From sequence record LR756504.1: a stretch of DNA of 64,000 nt. The stretch is one strand, 5' to 3'. Positions within the stretch are counted from its first letter, which is position 1. Each line of letters opens with the position of its first letter. The notes under the pieces were generated by a model. That model saw only the letters and a program-made list of their open reading frames with translations. It did no database searches and was not told the DNA's origin. The position numbers and the translations under genes are program-made. This document shows positions 55,765 to 63,750 of this stretch, piece by piece.

Positions 55765-56609
55765 GATTTTTAAAAAACTTATTCAAAAGAAATCCAAATA
55801 GATTTAAGAAAACTAAATGGGATGATTTAATTGCTGATAATCCATTCTCTAAAAAGAATAAAAATAGTGCAAATTCTTATTCAAATAGCATACCTAAATC
55901 AGTGCTTCAAATTATAGGAATAAACGTAGCAGTATTTTTACTATTATGGATTTGTGAAATTGCTTTACCTATGACATGGTATCAAATGATTGTTAAAATG
56001 CTTGCTGTTCCTACAGATATAGAAATATTATATAAACCTTGGACTGTAATAACATCAGCATTTACGCATTTATCTTTTGGTCATATATTAGGAAATATGT
56101 TAGCTATATTTTTCATAGCACCTTATTTCAAAATGGCATTCATAGATAAACAAATATGGAATTTATATTTATTGGGACATTTTGTAGGGATATTCTTTTC
56201 AATAGGAATTAATATTCTTATATTTGATGATCACGGGATGGCTTTAGGTGCATCGTGTGGTGTGTCAGCATTAGTAGCTGGTGTATGTTTTAAATTTCCA
56301 CAAATGCCAGTGAATATATTTTTTATTAACACAACACTTAAATGGTTAATTGCTATTTATGTAATACAATCAATATTCATGTTATTCTCACCTAATATGG
56401 TTGGTGGTATTGGACATTTATTTGGAATGTTATTAGGTGTATTGTATGTTCATTTATTAACAAAAAATATAGAAATAGGAAAAATATTTGATTCAATTAC
56501 TAAATTAAAAATTAAAAAAACAGGTAAAGGTATTAAATACGTTTCAATGTATAGTGAAAAATCAGAAAATTCAATTAAAAATATAATTAACAAAAACTTC
56601 AAAAAATAA
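55761..56609 (+). CDS. Rhomboid family intramembrane serine protease
   Basis: PWTVITSAFTH, HILGNM, GASCG, GHLFG; multiple TM. Confidence 0.88.
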   Translation: MRFLKNLFKRNPNRFKKTKWDDLIADNPFSKKNKNSANSYSNSIPKSVLQIIGINVAVFLLLWICEIALPMTWYQMIVKMLAVPTDIEILYKPWTVITSAFTHLSFGHILGNMLAIFFIAPYFKMAFIDKQIWNLYLLGHFVGIFFSIGINILIFDDHGMALGASCGVSALVAGVCFKFPQMPVNIFFINTTLKWLIAIYVIQSIFMLFSPNMVGGIGHLFGMLLGVLYVHLLTKNIEIGKIFDSITKLKIKKTGKGIKYVSMYSEKSENSIKNIINKNFKK

Positions 56610-57676
56610 TGAGCGAGATTAAAGAATTGTTTTTAAAACTTACGGAATATACTATACCATTCGGAAAAGAAGAATCATTAGAGCCTATTTTACCAACTGG
56701 ATTTAAAAGAGATAAAATAGGAAACTATTATTATGAAATAGGCGAATCTGAAACTCTTTTTACAACACATTTAGATACTTATTCAGATAAGTATGAAAAA
56801 GTTGTTCATAAATTTTATAAAAAGGATGGTACACCTTGCGAAAAAGACGAAGCTGATATTATTGCCACTGATGGAAAAACTATTTTAGGTGGCGATAATA
56901 AAGCGGGTTGTACTATTTTAATCAATATGATTAATAATAAAATTCCAGGCGTTTACTATTTTTTTTTAGGAGAAGAACCGATTTTATCGGGGGGCGTTTG
57001 GGGAAGTACACAAGCATTAAAAGCAAATCCAGAATACTTTAAAAGATTTAAAAGAGCTATTGCATTTGATAGAAGAGAAATGGGATCAGTTATTACTCGT
57101 CAAATGGCTAGAAACTGTTGTTCTACAGAATTTACAGATGCAATTATAAAAGAATTAGCTGGACAAGGATTGTCATTTAAAAAGGATCCAACGGGATATT
57201 ATACTGACAGTGGTGTTTTTATGGATGTAATACCAGAAGTAACAAATCTATCAGCAGGTGTGTGGAATGAACACTCACCCAAAGAATTTTGCTCTATAAA
57301 ATATCTCGAAAAAGTAGCCGAGGCGGCTTTACATGTTAATTGGGAATCATTACCTGTTGTTAGAAAAGCATTTAAAAATGTACCAATTAAAAAAGGAAAC
57401 TTTGTAACAAAATTTGTAGATGTTAAAAAAACAAAGAAAACATTCAACATTATAAATAATTTTCTTGAAATGTATGGATATTTATGTATTAATGTAGAAG
57501 ATTATGAACCTGAACACGAAATGGTTTTCTCACAATGGCATAATGAATCTGAAATTATAATAAAATTTAAAGACGATTCTGTTATTTACGAAGATCAAGA
57601 AATACCAGTAAAAGATTTTATTTTGATGTTAGATCCAGAAGCAGACTTAGAAGAAATATTTAATCCTGAAAAATAG
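56609..57676 (+). CDS. M20/M28-like zinc peptidase (copy 2)
   Basis: TTHLDT, GGDNKAG, GEE, DRRE, YTDS, NEHS. Confidence 0.8.
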   Translation: MSEIKELFLKLTEYTIPFGKEESLEPILPTGFKRDKIGNYYYEIGESETLFTTHLDTYSDKYEKVVHKFYKKDGTPCEKDEADIIATDGKTILGGDNKAGCTILINMINNKIPGVYYFFLGEEPILSGGVWGSTQALKANPEYFKRFKRAIAFDRREMGSVITRQMARNCCSTEFTDAIIKELAGQGLSFKKDPTGYYTDSGVFMDVIPEVTNLSAGVWNEHSPKEFCSIKYLEKVAEAALHVNWESLPVVRKAFKNVPIKKGNFVTKFVDVKKTKKTFNIINNFLEMYGYLCINVEDYEPEHEMVFSQWHNESEIIIKFKDDSVIYEDQEIPVKDFILMLDPEADLEEIFNPEK

Positions 57677-57677
57677 T

Positions 57678-57737
57678 ATGAAAATTTTAAAAGAAAAAGA
57701 ATCTTCTGCTGGTATTAATCCAAATGAATTAGAATAA
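57678..57737 (+). CDS. 19-aa mini-ORF MKILKEKESSAGINPNELE duplicating part of the 57763 ORF
   Basis: ATG 1 nt after the peptidase stop; carries the inverted-repeat copy in frame. Confidence 0.4.
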   Translation: MKILKEKESSAGINPNELE

Positions 57738-57927
57738 AAAAAAGGGCTTAAAGCCCTTTTTTTTATTCATCAAAATCTCTTGCCCTACTCAATACACCAT
57801 CAATAGACTTTGCTAAATCTACGGGTATTTGATGTCCTCTACAGCGTTCTAATAAATGTCTCATATCAGAAGCAACACCTAGTAATTCTATTAATTCATT
57901 TGGATTAATACCAGCAGAAGATTCTTT
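57696..57927. repeat. Perfect 36-bp inverted repeat (57696-57731 / 57892-57927)
   Basis: AAAGAATCTTCTGCTGGTATTAATCCAAATGAATTA on + strand and its exact reverse complement 160 bp downstream. Confidence 0.95.
57736..57764. terminator. Bidirectional intrinsic terminator
   Basis: AAAAAAAAGGGCT-TAA-AGCCCTTTTTTTT. Confidence 0.85.
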
Positions 57928-57990
57928 AAGTTCTTTATGAAGTCTTGCATTTTCTAACTTTAAATATTCTAACTCATAATTTTTATCCAT
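57763..57990 (-). CDS. Hypothetical 75-aa protein
   Basis: Coiled-coil N-terminus; contains KESSAGINPNEL. Confidence 0.55.
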   Translation of the reverse strand: MDKNYELEYLKLENARLHKELKESSAGINPNELIELLGVASDMRHLLERCRGHQIPVDLAKSIDGVLSRARDFDE

Positions 57991-58008
57991 GTGTGTTTAA
58001 TAAATTTT

Positions 58009-58560
58009 TTACAATAATATAAAAAAAAGTACTATGGCTAATGTAACAACATTAGTACCAATTAGAGTTTTTACTGTACCATTTTTTCTTTTTATCTTTC
58101 CTTCTTGTTTTTGAATAATTTCATCTTTTTTTGTACTTATTTCTTCGTATTTAGCAATAGTTTTTTTATCATTTGATAAAATCTGTTCATCATTCTTTAT
58201 AATTTCATTAGCTTTAGCATTTTCTAATATTAAAGAATCGGTAATATTTTTACATTGTTTATCTTTTTCTTCCATTATTATAATTTTTGTGCTAAGTGCA
58301 TCAACTTTTTCCGCATCAATCAAACCTTTTTCAAGACATTTTGCTATTTCTTTAGCTTTACCAGTTTCCCAAATCCAATAAGTTTTACCTGTTATAGAAT
58401 CTTTAACTACTTTATCTGGTGTAATATCTTCAACGATTGGTGTTTGTGTGTCTTGGACAATATTATTTGTTGTGTTTTCTACGCTGTTCGTAGTCTGCGA
58501 AAAACTGATGTAGCTGCTTGTCATTAAAATTAGTAATATTATCAATTTTTTCATATTCAT
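58009..58560 (-). CDS. Secreted/anchored coiled-coil protein (signal peptide plus C-terminal TM)
   Basis: MKKLIILLILMTSSYISFSQ; TLIGTNVVTLAIVLFFILL. Confidence 0.6.
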   Translation of the reverse strand: MNMKKLIILLILMTSSYISFSQTTNSVENTTNNIVQDTQTPIVEDITPDKVVKDSITGKTYWIWETGKAKEIAKCLEKGLIDAEKVDALSTKIIIMEEKDKQCKNITDSLILENAKANEIIKNDEQILSNDKKTIAKYEEISTKKDEIIQKQEGKIKRKNGTVKTLIGTNVVTLAIVLFFILL

Positions 58561-58873
58561 TATTTATTTTTTCTAAAATATCATTTTGCTTTTTAATTTC
58601 TTCATTGAGACTATCCATTTTTTGTTGCATTATTGGAATTCTTTTTTCTATAGCTTCTTTATCTCTTTTAAGGATTTGATTTTGTCCTTCAAATTTATTA
58701 TTAGCATCTTTTAATACTTGAATTTCAGTTTCTTTTTTATTAATATACTTATATCCCTTTTTAAGAAAACCATTAATTGGTAATGATGGAACTAAACATG
58801 TTAGAAACACACCAAAAAAGAAACATACCATATATTTCCAATACTTCTTTATAAAATTTGTTAAAAATAACAT
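58463..58873 (-). CDS. N-anchored coiled-coil membrane protein (i-spanin-like architecture)
   Basis: YMVCFFFGVFLTCLVPSL then long coiled coil; overlaps downstream ORF by 98 nt. Confidence 0.5.
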   Translation of the reverse strand: MLFLTNFIKKYWKYMVCFFFGVFLTCLVPSLPINGFLKKGYKYINKKETEIQVLKDANNKFEGQNQILKRDKEAIEKRIPIMQQKMDSLNEEIKKQNDILEKINNEYEKIDNITNFNDKQLHQFFADYEQRRKHNK

Positions 58874-58874
58874 A

Positions 58875-59174
58875 TTATTTCTTTAAATTTTCCTTTATAT
58901 AGTTAACTTCATCATCTACCCAAGAATTATTTCCTGAATATAAAGTGGATTTAAGTTTATCTAATAAAGTAAGCTTTTCTTTTAAATATGTTTCTAACAT
59001 AAGATTTTTGATGCTATTTACAAATTCAACATTAGATTTAATAATAATATTTTTGCTTGCGGCTTGTGGATCATTATCAACTATAATATCCAATGATTCT
59101 ATCAATTTATCTATTTTCTCTTCAAATGATAGAGAATCGTGTGTTGATTCATTAATTTGACTAAATTTTTTCAT
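58875..59174 (-). CDS. Hypothetical protein with CTS-like N-terminus (MKKFSQINES)
   Basis: 99-aa ORF; AATATATATAAC upstream. Confidence 0.6.
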   Translation of the reverse strand: MKKFSQINESTHDSLSFEEKIDKLIESLDIIVDNDPQAASKNIIIKSNVEFVNSIKNLMLETYLKEKLTLLDKLKSTLYSGNNSWVDDEVNYIKENLKK

Positions 59175-59232
59175 TTTAAGGTTATTTATTTTAGTTATAT
59201 ATATTTTTATAAATTTCCTTAAAAATCAATTA

Positions 59233-59646
59233 TTAGTTCATATAAGGAAAGAAGAATTTACTCTCGATACTAGCATTTTCATCAGAATCAGATCCGTGTA
59301 CAGCATTAGCTTCCATACTTTTTGCAAATAGATTTCTAATAGTACCTGGTTCAGCATTAGCTGGATTTGTTGCACCAACTAATTTACGATAATCAGCGAC
59401 AGCATTTTCTTTTTCGAGTACAAATACTACAATATTTCCACTTGACATATAATTAGTTAAATCATTGTAAAATGGTCTTTCTTTGTGAACTTCGTAGAAT
59501 TTACCAGCATCTTCAATAGTAAGATTTGTCATTTTCAAATCTACTATTTTAAAACCTTCATTCTCTATCATTTTTAGTATTGCATCAACGTGTCCATCTT
59601 TTACTGCATCTGGCTTAATCATTGAAAATGTTCTATTTGTCTCCAT
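59233..59646 (-). CDS. ndk: Nucleoside diphosphate kinase
   Basis: [37 protein letters not shown]. Confidence 0.96.
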   Translation of the reverse strand: METNRTFSMIKPDAVKDGHVDAILKMIENEGFKIVDLKMTNLTIEDAGKFYEVHKERPFYNDLTNYMSSGNIVVFVLEKENAVADYRKLVGATNPANAEPGTIRNLFAKSMEANAVHGSDSDENASIESKFFFPYMN

Positions 59647-59703
59647 ATTTTTTATTTTTGTATCGTCTATAAGCTATAATACAGCTTATTATTATAAGTG
59701 TTA

Positions 59704-61218
59704 TCATATATCAAATTTTATTCCTTGAGATAATGGTAATTCTTTACTGTAATTTATAGTATTTGTTTGTCTTCTCATATATACTCTCCAAGCATCCGAA
59801 CCAGATTCAAATCCACCACCAGTTTCCTTATGTCCACCAAATGCGCCACCAATTTCTGCACCAGATGTTCCAATATTAATATTTGCTATACCACAATCAG
59901 AACCCCAAGCAGATAGAAACATTTCAGATTCTCTAATATCTGTTGTAAATAATGATGATGATAATCCTTGTTTTACATCATTTTGAATTTCAATAGCATT
60001 AGTAATATCACCTTTATATTTCATTAAATATAGTATTGGCACAAATGTTTCTTTTTGTACAATATCATAACGATTTTCTGCTTCAACTATTGCTGGATAA
60101 ACATAATTCTCATAAAGATGTCTTCCACCAACAATTAATCTACCACCTTCGTGTTCAACTTTAAATATAGCATCTTTAAAAGAATTGACAGCATCCATAT
60201 CAATTAATGGTCCTACTAATGTATCTTCTTTTAGAGGATTACCAATTCTTATATTTTTATATACTTCTACTAACTTCGATTTAACTTCTGAATACACATC
60301 TTCGTGTACAATCAACCTTCTTGTTGTTGTGCATCTTTGCCCAGCAGTGCCAACTGCGCTAAAAGCCACCGCTCTAATTGCTAAATCTAAATCAGCTTTA
60401 TTAGAGATAATAATAGCATTATTACCACCCAATTCTAAAATTGTTTTACCAAATCTATCAGCAACAGCTTTACTAACAATTCCACCCATTCTCGTAGAAC
60501 CTGTAGCAGACACTAACGCAATTCTTCTATCATTAGCAATTAAAGAACCTATTGTAGCATCACCATTAACTAATGAAAATATACCTTCTGGTAATTTATT
60601 TTTTACCAATACTTGTTTTATAATATTTTGACAAGCAATGGCGGTTAAAGGAGTTTTTTCACTTGGCTTCCATACACATACATTACCACAAACGGCAGCT
60701 ATCATAGCATTCCAAGCCCATACAGCAACAGGGAAATTAAATGCTGAAATAATACCAACTATACCAAGTGGATGCCACTGTTCATATATTCTATGCTCAG
60801 GACGTTCGGAATGCATAGTCAATCCATATAATTGTCTAGATAAACCGACAGCAAAATCACATAAGTCAATCATCTCTTGTACTTCACCTAAACCCTCTTG
60901 AAGAATTTTGCCCATTTCTAAAGAAACTAACATACCCAAAGCTTCCTTATTCTTCCTTAATTCATCACCAATTTGGCGAACAATTTCACCTCTCTTAGGT
61001 GCTGGTATAGTTCTCCATATTTTGAATGCTTTCTCAGCTTCTTGTATAACTCTTTCGTAATGACTTTCATTTGCCATACATACAGATGCTATAACTTCAT
61101 TATTAATGGGAGATTTAATAACTTTTTCGTTATCCGAATACTCATGTATTAAACCTGTACTTGAACATGGATTTACTTTAGCTATTTCTAATTGATTTAA
61201 AACTTCTTTTATTACCAT
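59704..61218 (-). CDS. Aldehyde dehydrogenase family 7 (alpha-aminoadipic semialdehyde dehydrogenase-like)
   Basis: EGLGEVQEMID, SAFNFPVAVW, ATGSTRMG, LELGGNNA, GQRCTT, FGGHKETG. Confidence 0.92.
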   Translation of the reverse strand: MVIKEVLNQLEIAKVNPCSSTGLIHEYSDNEKVIKSPINNEVIASVCMANESHYERVIQEAEKAFKIWRTIPAPKRGEIVRQIGDELRKNKEALGMLVSLEMGKILQEGLGEVQEMIDLCDFAVGLSRQLYGLTMHSERPEHRIYEQWHPLGIVGIISAFNFPVAVWAWNAMIAAVCGNVCVWKPSEKTPLTAIACQNIIKQVLVKNKLPEGIFSLVNGDATIGSLIANDRRIALVSATGSTRMGGIVSKAVADRFGKTILELGGNNAIIISNKADLDLAIRAVAFSAVGTAGQRCTTTRRLIVHEDVYSEVKSKLVEVYKNIRIGNPLKEDTLVGPLIDMDAVNSFKDAIFKVEHEGGRLIVGGRHLYENYVYPAIVEAENRYDIVQKETFVPILYLMKYKGDITNAIEIQNDVKQGLSSSLFTTDIRESEMFLSAWGSDCGIANINIGTSGAEIGGAFGGHKETGGGFESGSDAWRVYMRRQTNTINYSKELPLSQGIKFDI

Positions 61219-61328
61219 ATACCGTAAGATTTTTAATTATAGATAAATTGATTATTAAAGTTTGATATTTTTAAAACTTTTATCATTTTTTTCCTAATAA
61301 TTAAAAACCAATATAAATCACTATTGTT

Positions 61329-61715
61329 ATGAAACTGTACATATTATTAATACTATTGTTAACATCTATTACATGCTTTGGTCAAAAATATTGGGATCAA
61401 AATCATTTTTATCACACAAAAGGTGGTGAAATGAAGCATTGTGATTCCGTTTCAGTTGAATTAATTCCACTAAAAAATTGTAACTGTGAGCACGAACAAA
61501 ACGCCAATAATAAAGATCCATTTGCACCAATTCAACCGTTTATAGAACATACTTGTGTTGAAAAACGTTACACTAAACATTGTAAAAAAGCTGTATGGGT
61601 TAGTAAATCTGGTGAAAAAGATGTTCATATTTGGAATGGTAAATATTGGATTTTAATGAGTTCCAAAGGAATTTATTGGTATTATTACTGGGAGAAATAT
61701 ACAGAAATTCTTTAA
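61329..61715 (+). CDS. Secreted Cys/Trp-rich hypothetical protein
   Basis: Signal peptide MKLYILLILLLTSITCFG. Confidence 0.55.
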   Translation: MKLYILLILLLTSITCFGQKYWDQNHFYHTKGGEMKHCDSVSVELIPLKNCNCEHEQNANNKDPFAPIQPFIEHTCVEKRYTKHCKKAVWVSKSGEKDVHIWNGKYWILMSSKGIYWYYYWEKYTEIL

Positions 61716-61766
61716 AGTTTGCAAAATTGAGCATTTTTTTGTATATTTATACAAAATTAATATTTA

Positions 61767-62213
61767 ATGAAAAAGAGAATCGAAATATTGTATGATACAT
61801 TAAAAAATCCTTATATAGGTGTTAAATATTATCCGTATGAGCTTGGTGCATATTTAACATTATTTAAAAAATTTCTTAATGATGATAAAATACACGATTT
61901 TTATTCTTTAAATAGAATAAATAGAGATGGTGAAAATTTTCATATAACTTTATTTATTGTTCCTGAATATAATTTTAAGAAAGAAGTATTAGATGATTAT
62001 ATAAATATTGAAGTTGATATTAATATAATTGGAATAGGGCGTGTCGAAGAAGATGATAATGAAGCATTCTATTTAATTGTTGATTCTTTTGATTTAAATA
62101 ATATTAGAATTGAAAATGATTTCGAATATAAAGATTTACATATTACTTTAGGATTCAAAGAAAAAGATATATTCATACCAAAAGGATTGGATACAGTGGT
62201 ACTTAAATTATGA
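61767..62213 (+). CDS. 2H phosphoesterase (Swiss-army-knife type)
   Basis: Two HxT motifs: FHITLF and LHITLGF. Confidence 0.75.
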   Translation: MKKRIEILYDTLKNPYIGVKYYPYELGAYLTLFKKFLNDDKIHDFYSLNRINRDGENFHITLFIVPEYNFKKEVLDDYINIEVDINIIGIGRVEEDDNEAFYLIVDSFDLNNIRIENDFEYKDLHITLGFKEKDIFIPKGLDTVVLKL

Positions 62214-62572
62214 GAAAACTATATGATAGATTAAAAATACTAAAGGATAATCAAGAATTTATTTCCGATTTTGTTATTTATTTAAATGAACAAGAAAATT
62301 GGAAATCATCACTCGAAAACTATGAAATAAATGATAAAATCATAGTTAAAGAGTGTAATTTTACTATAGTAAATGAAAATCATAGAGAATCTCTAACAGC
62401 TATCATTGAAGTATTTAAAATAGGAGATAATAAAAAATCCAATTATACTTATTGTTTATTTAATATAGATGTAAATGGTGAATTAAGTTCTAATATAGTT
62501 GAAAACTTAGAAATATTTTTCATTGATATGACATCAATCATTAGAAAGCATAGAATAACATACTTCATATGA
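62210..62572 (+). CDS. Hypothetical protein ending RKHRITYFI
   Basis: 120-aa ORF. Confidence 0.5.
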   Translation: MRKLYDRLKILKDNQEFISDFVIYLNEQENWKSSLENYEINDKIIVKECNFTIVNENHRESLTAIIEVFKIGDNKKSNYTYCLFNIDVNGELSSNIVENLEIFFIDMTSIIRKHRITYFI

Positions 62573-63105
62573 TGAGATTAAATAATAAAAACTTTAGAGA
62601 GATTTTTTTCAAAATTGATGCTGATAATATTAATGATTTAAAAAATGAAATATTGAATATATTTAAAATAAATAATATATCATCATCTTACTATTTTAGA
62701 ACATGGTTTAATTTACCTATTAATAAACATAGAAATATTAGCGGATATGTAAAAAATCCATTTGAAGCACCATCTATTAATCAATTAACAGGTATTGTTC
62801 AATTTTTGCATTTTTCTAAAATTGATGGATTGCCTCTATTTTTTGCATATCAAACACCCGTAGATTTTTCGGGAATACAACCTAATATGGATGTGAATAA
62901 TAATACTTTAGGGCTAACAGAAAATATTATAATTGGTTTTAGTTCAAAATTAGAGTCTAATAAAATTATAGACAGTAATTATCAAATAGGAAATTTAAAC
63001 AACGTTAAAGTATTACTTGCTAGTTTACTTGAATCTGATTATCCTAATGATACTTTTAATCTAAAAAATAGAAGTGATAGAATAGAAAATTTATTAGAAG
63101 ATTGA
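62569..63105 (+). CDS. Hypothetical protein ending RSDRIENLLED
   Basis: 178-aa ORF. Confidence 0.5.
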   Translation: MMRLNNKNFREIFFKIDADNINDLKNEILNIFKINNISSSYYFRTWFNLPINKHRNISGYVKNPFEAPSINQLTGIVQFLHFSKIDGLPLFFAYQTPVDFSGIQPNMDVNNNTLGLTENIIIGFSSKLESNKIIDSNYQIGNLNNVKVLLASLLESDYPNDTFNLKNRSDRIENLLED

Positions 63106-63750
63106 TTATTTCTCTACATTTCTTTCGATGTAAAGTCCTATAGTTTTCACTAAACTACTTAAATCGTCTAATTCCACAGTAGTTGGTTTATCTAAATATT
63201 TAAATGTTAATTTAAATTTTTCATCATTTTCTTTTCTCAAATCAAGTATAATATCACTTTTGTTATTAACATTGAATTTAAAATCCATGCTTAACTTTTG
63301 ACAAGGTATTACAACGAATTCTGGATGATAATCAAATTCATACACTGAGTATCCTTCTATTTTATTTTCGAAAAAATAATTATTAATAGTTTGTTCTGGT
63401 GATACCATAAGTTCACTTAATGCTAATATATTTTCTCCAAATTTATTCTCAGAAAAAATTCTGTTTATTTTGGATTCAAGTTCATCTAAATTTGCAAATT
63501 TTAATAATCTATATTTACAATTTAAATCATAAAGATATAAGAATTCAAGCGAACGTAAATTTTCTTTATTTTCATCAAGCTTAAAAATAAAGCGAGTGTG
63601 TATAATAAGAGTAGTATCATTAGTTAGCTTATGAAAATTCAAAATCCAGTTCCAACCATTTTTATCCTTTTCGATAACGGCTTTAAATCTATAAAGATGT
63701 GTATCTTCAAAAATTATTTTTATTCTCTCTTGTAATTCTACCCAAGTCAT
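63106..63750 (-). CDS. Hypothetical protein
   Basis: 214-aa ORF, TAATG-coupled to rpsU. Confidence 0.6.
   Translation of the reverse strand: MTWVELQERIKIIFEDTHLYRFKAVIEKDKNGWNWILNFHKLTNDTTLIIHTRFIFKLDENKENLRSLEFLYLYDLNCKYRLLKFANLDELESKINRIFSENKFGENILALSELMVSPEQTINNYFFENKIEGYSVYEFDYHPEFVVIPCQKLSMDFKFNVNNKSDIILDLRKENDEKFKLTFKYLDKPTTVELDDLSSLVKTIGLYIERNVEK

Noticed and set aside
842-60901. Short opposite-strand or alternate-frame ORFs in the track (e.g. 842, 4465, 5143, 7993, 8634, 9469, 9864, 22632, 33183, 60185, 60638)
   Set aside because: Fully nested in well-supported genes, with no motifs; typical shadow ORFs.
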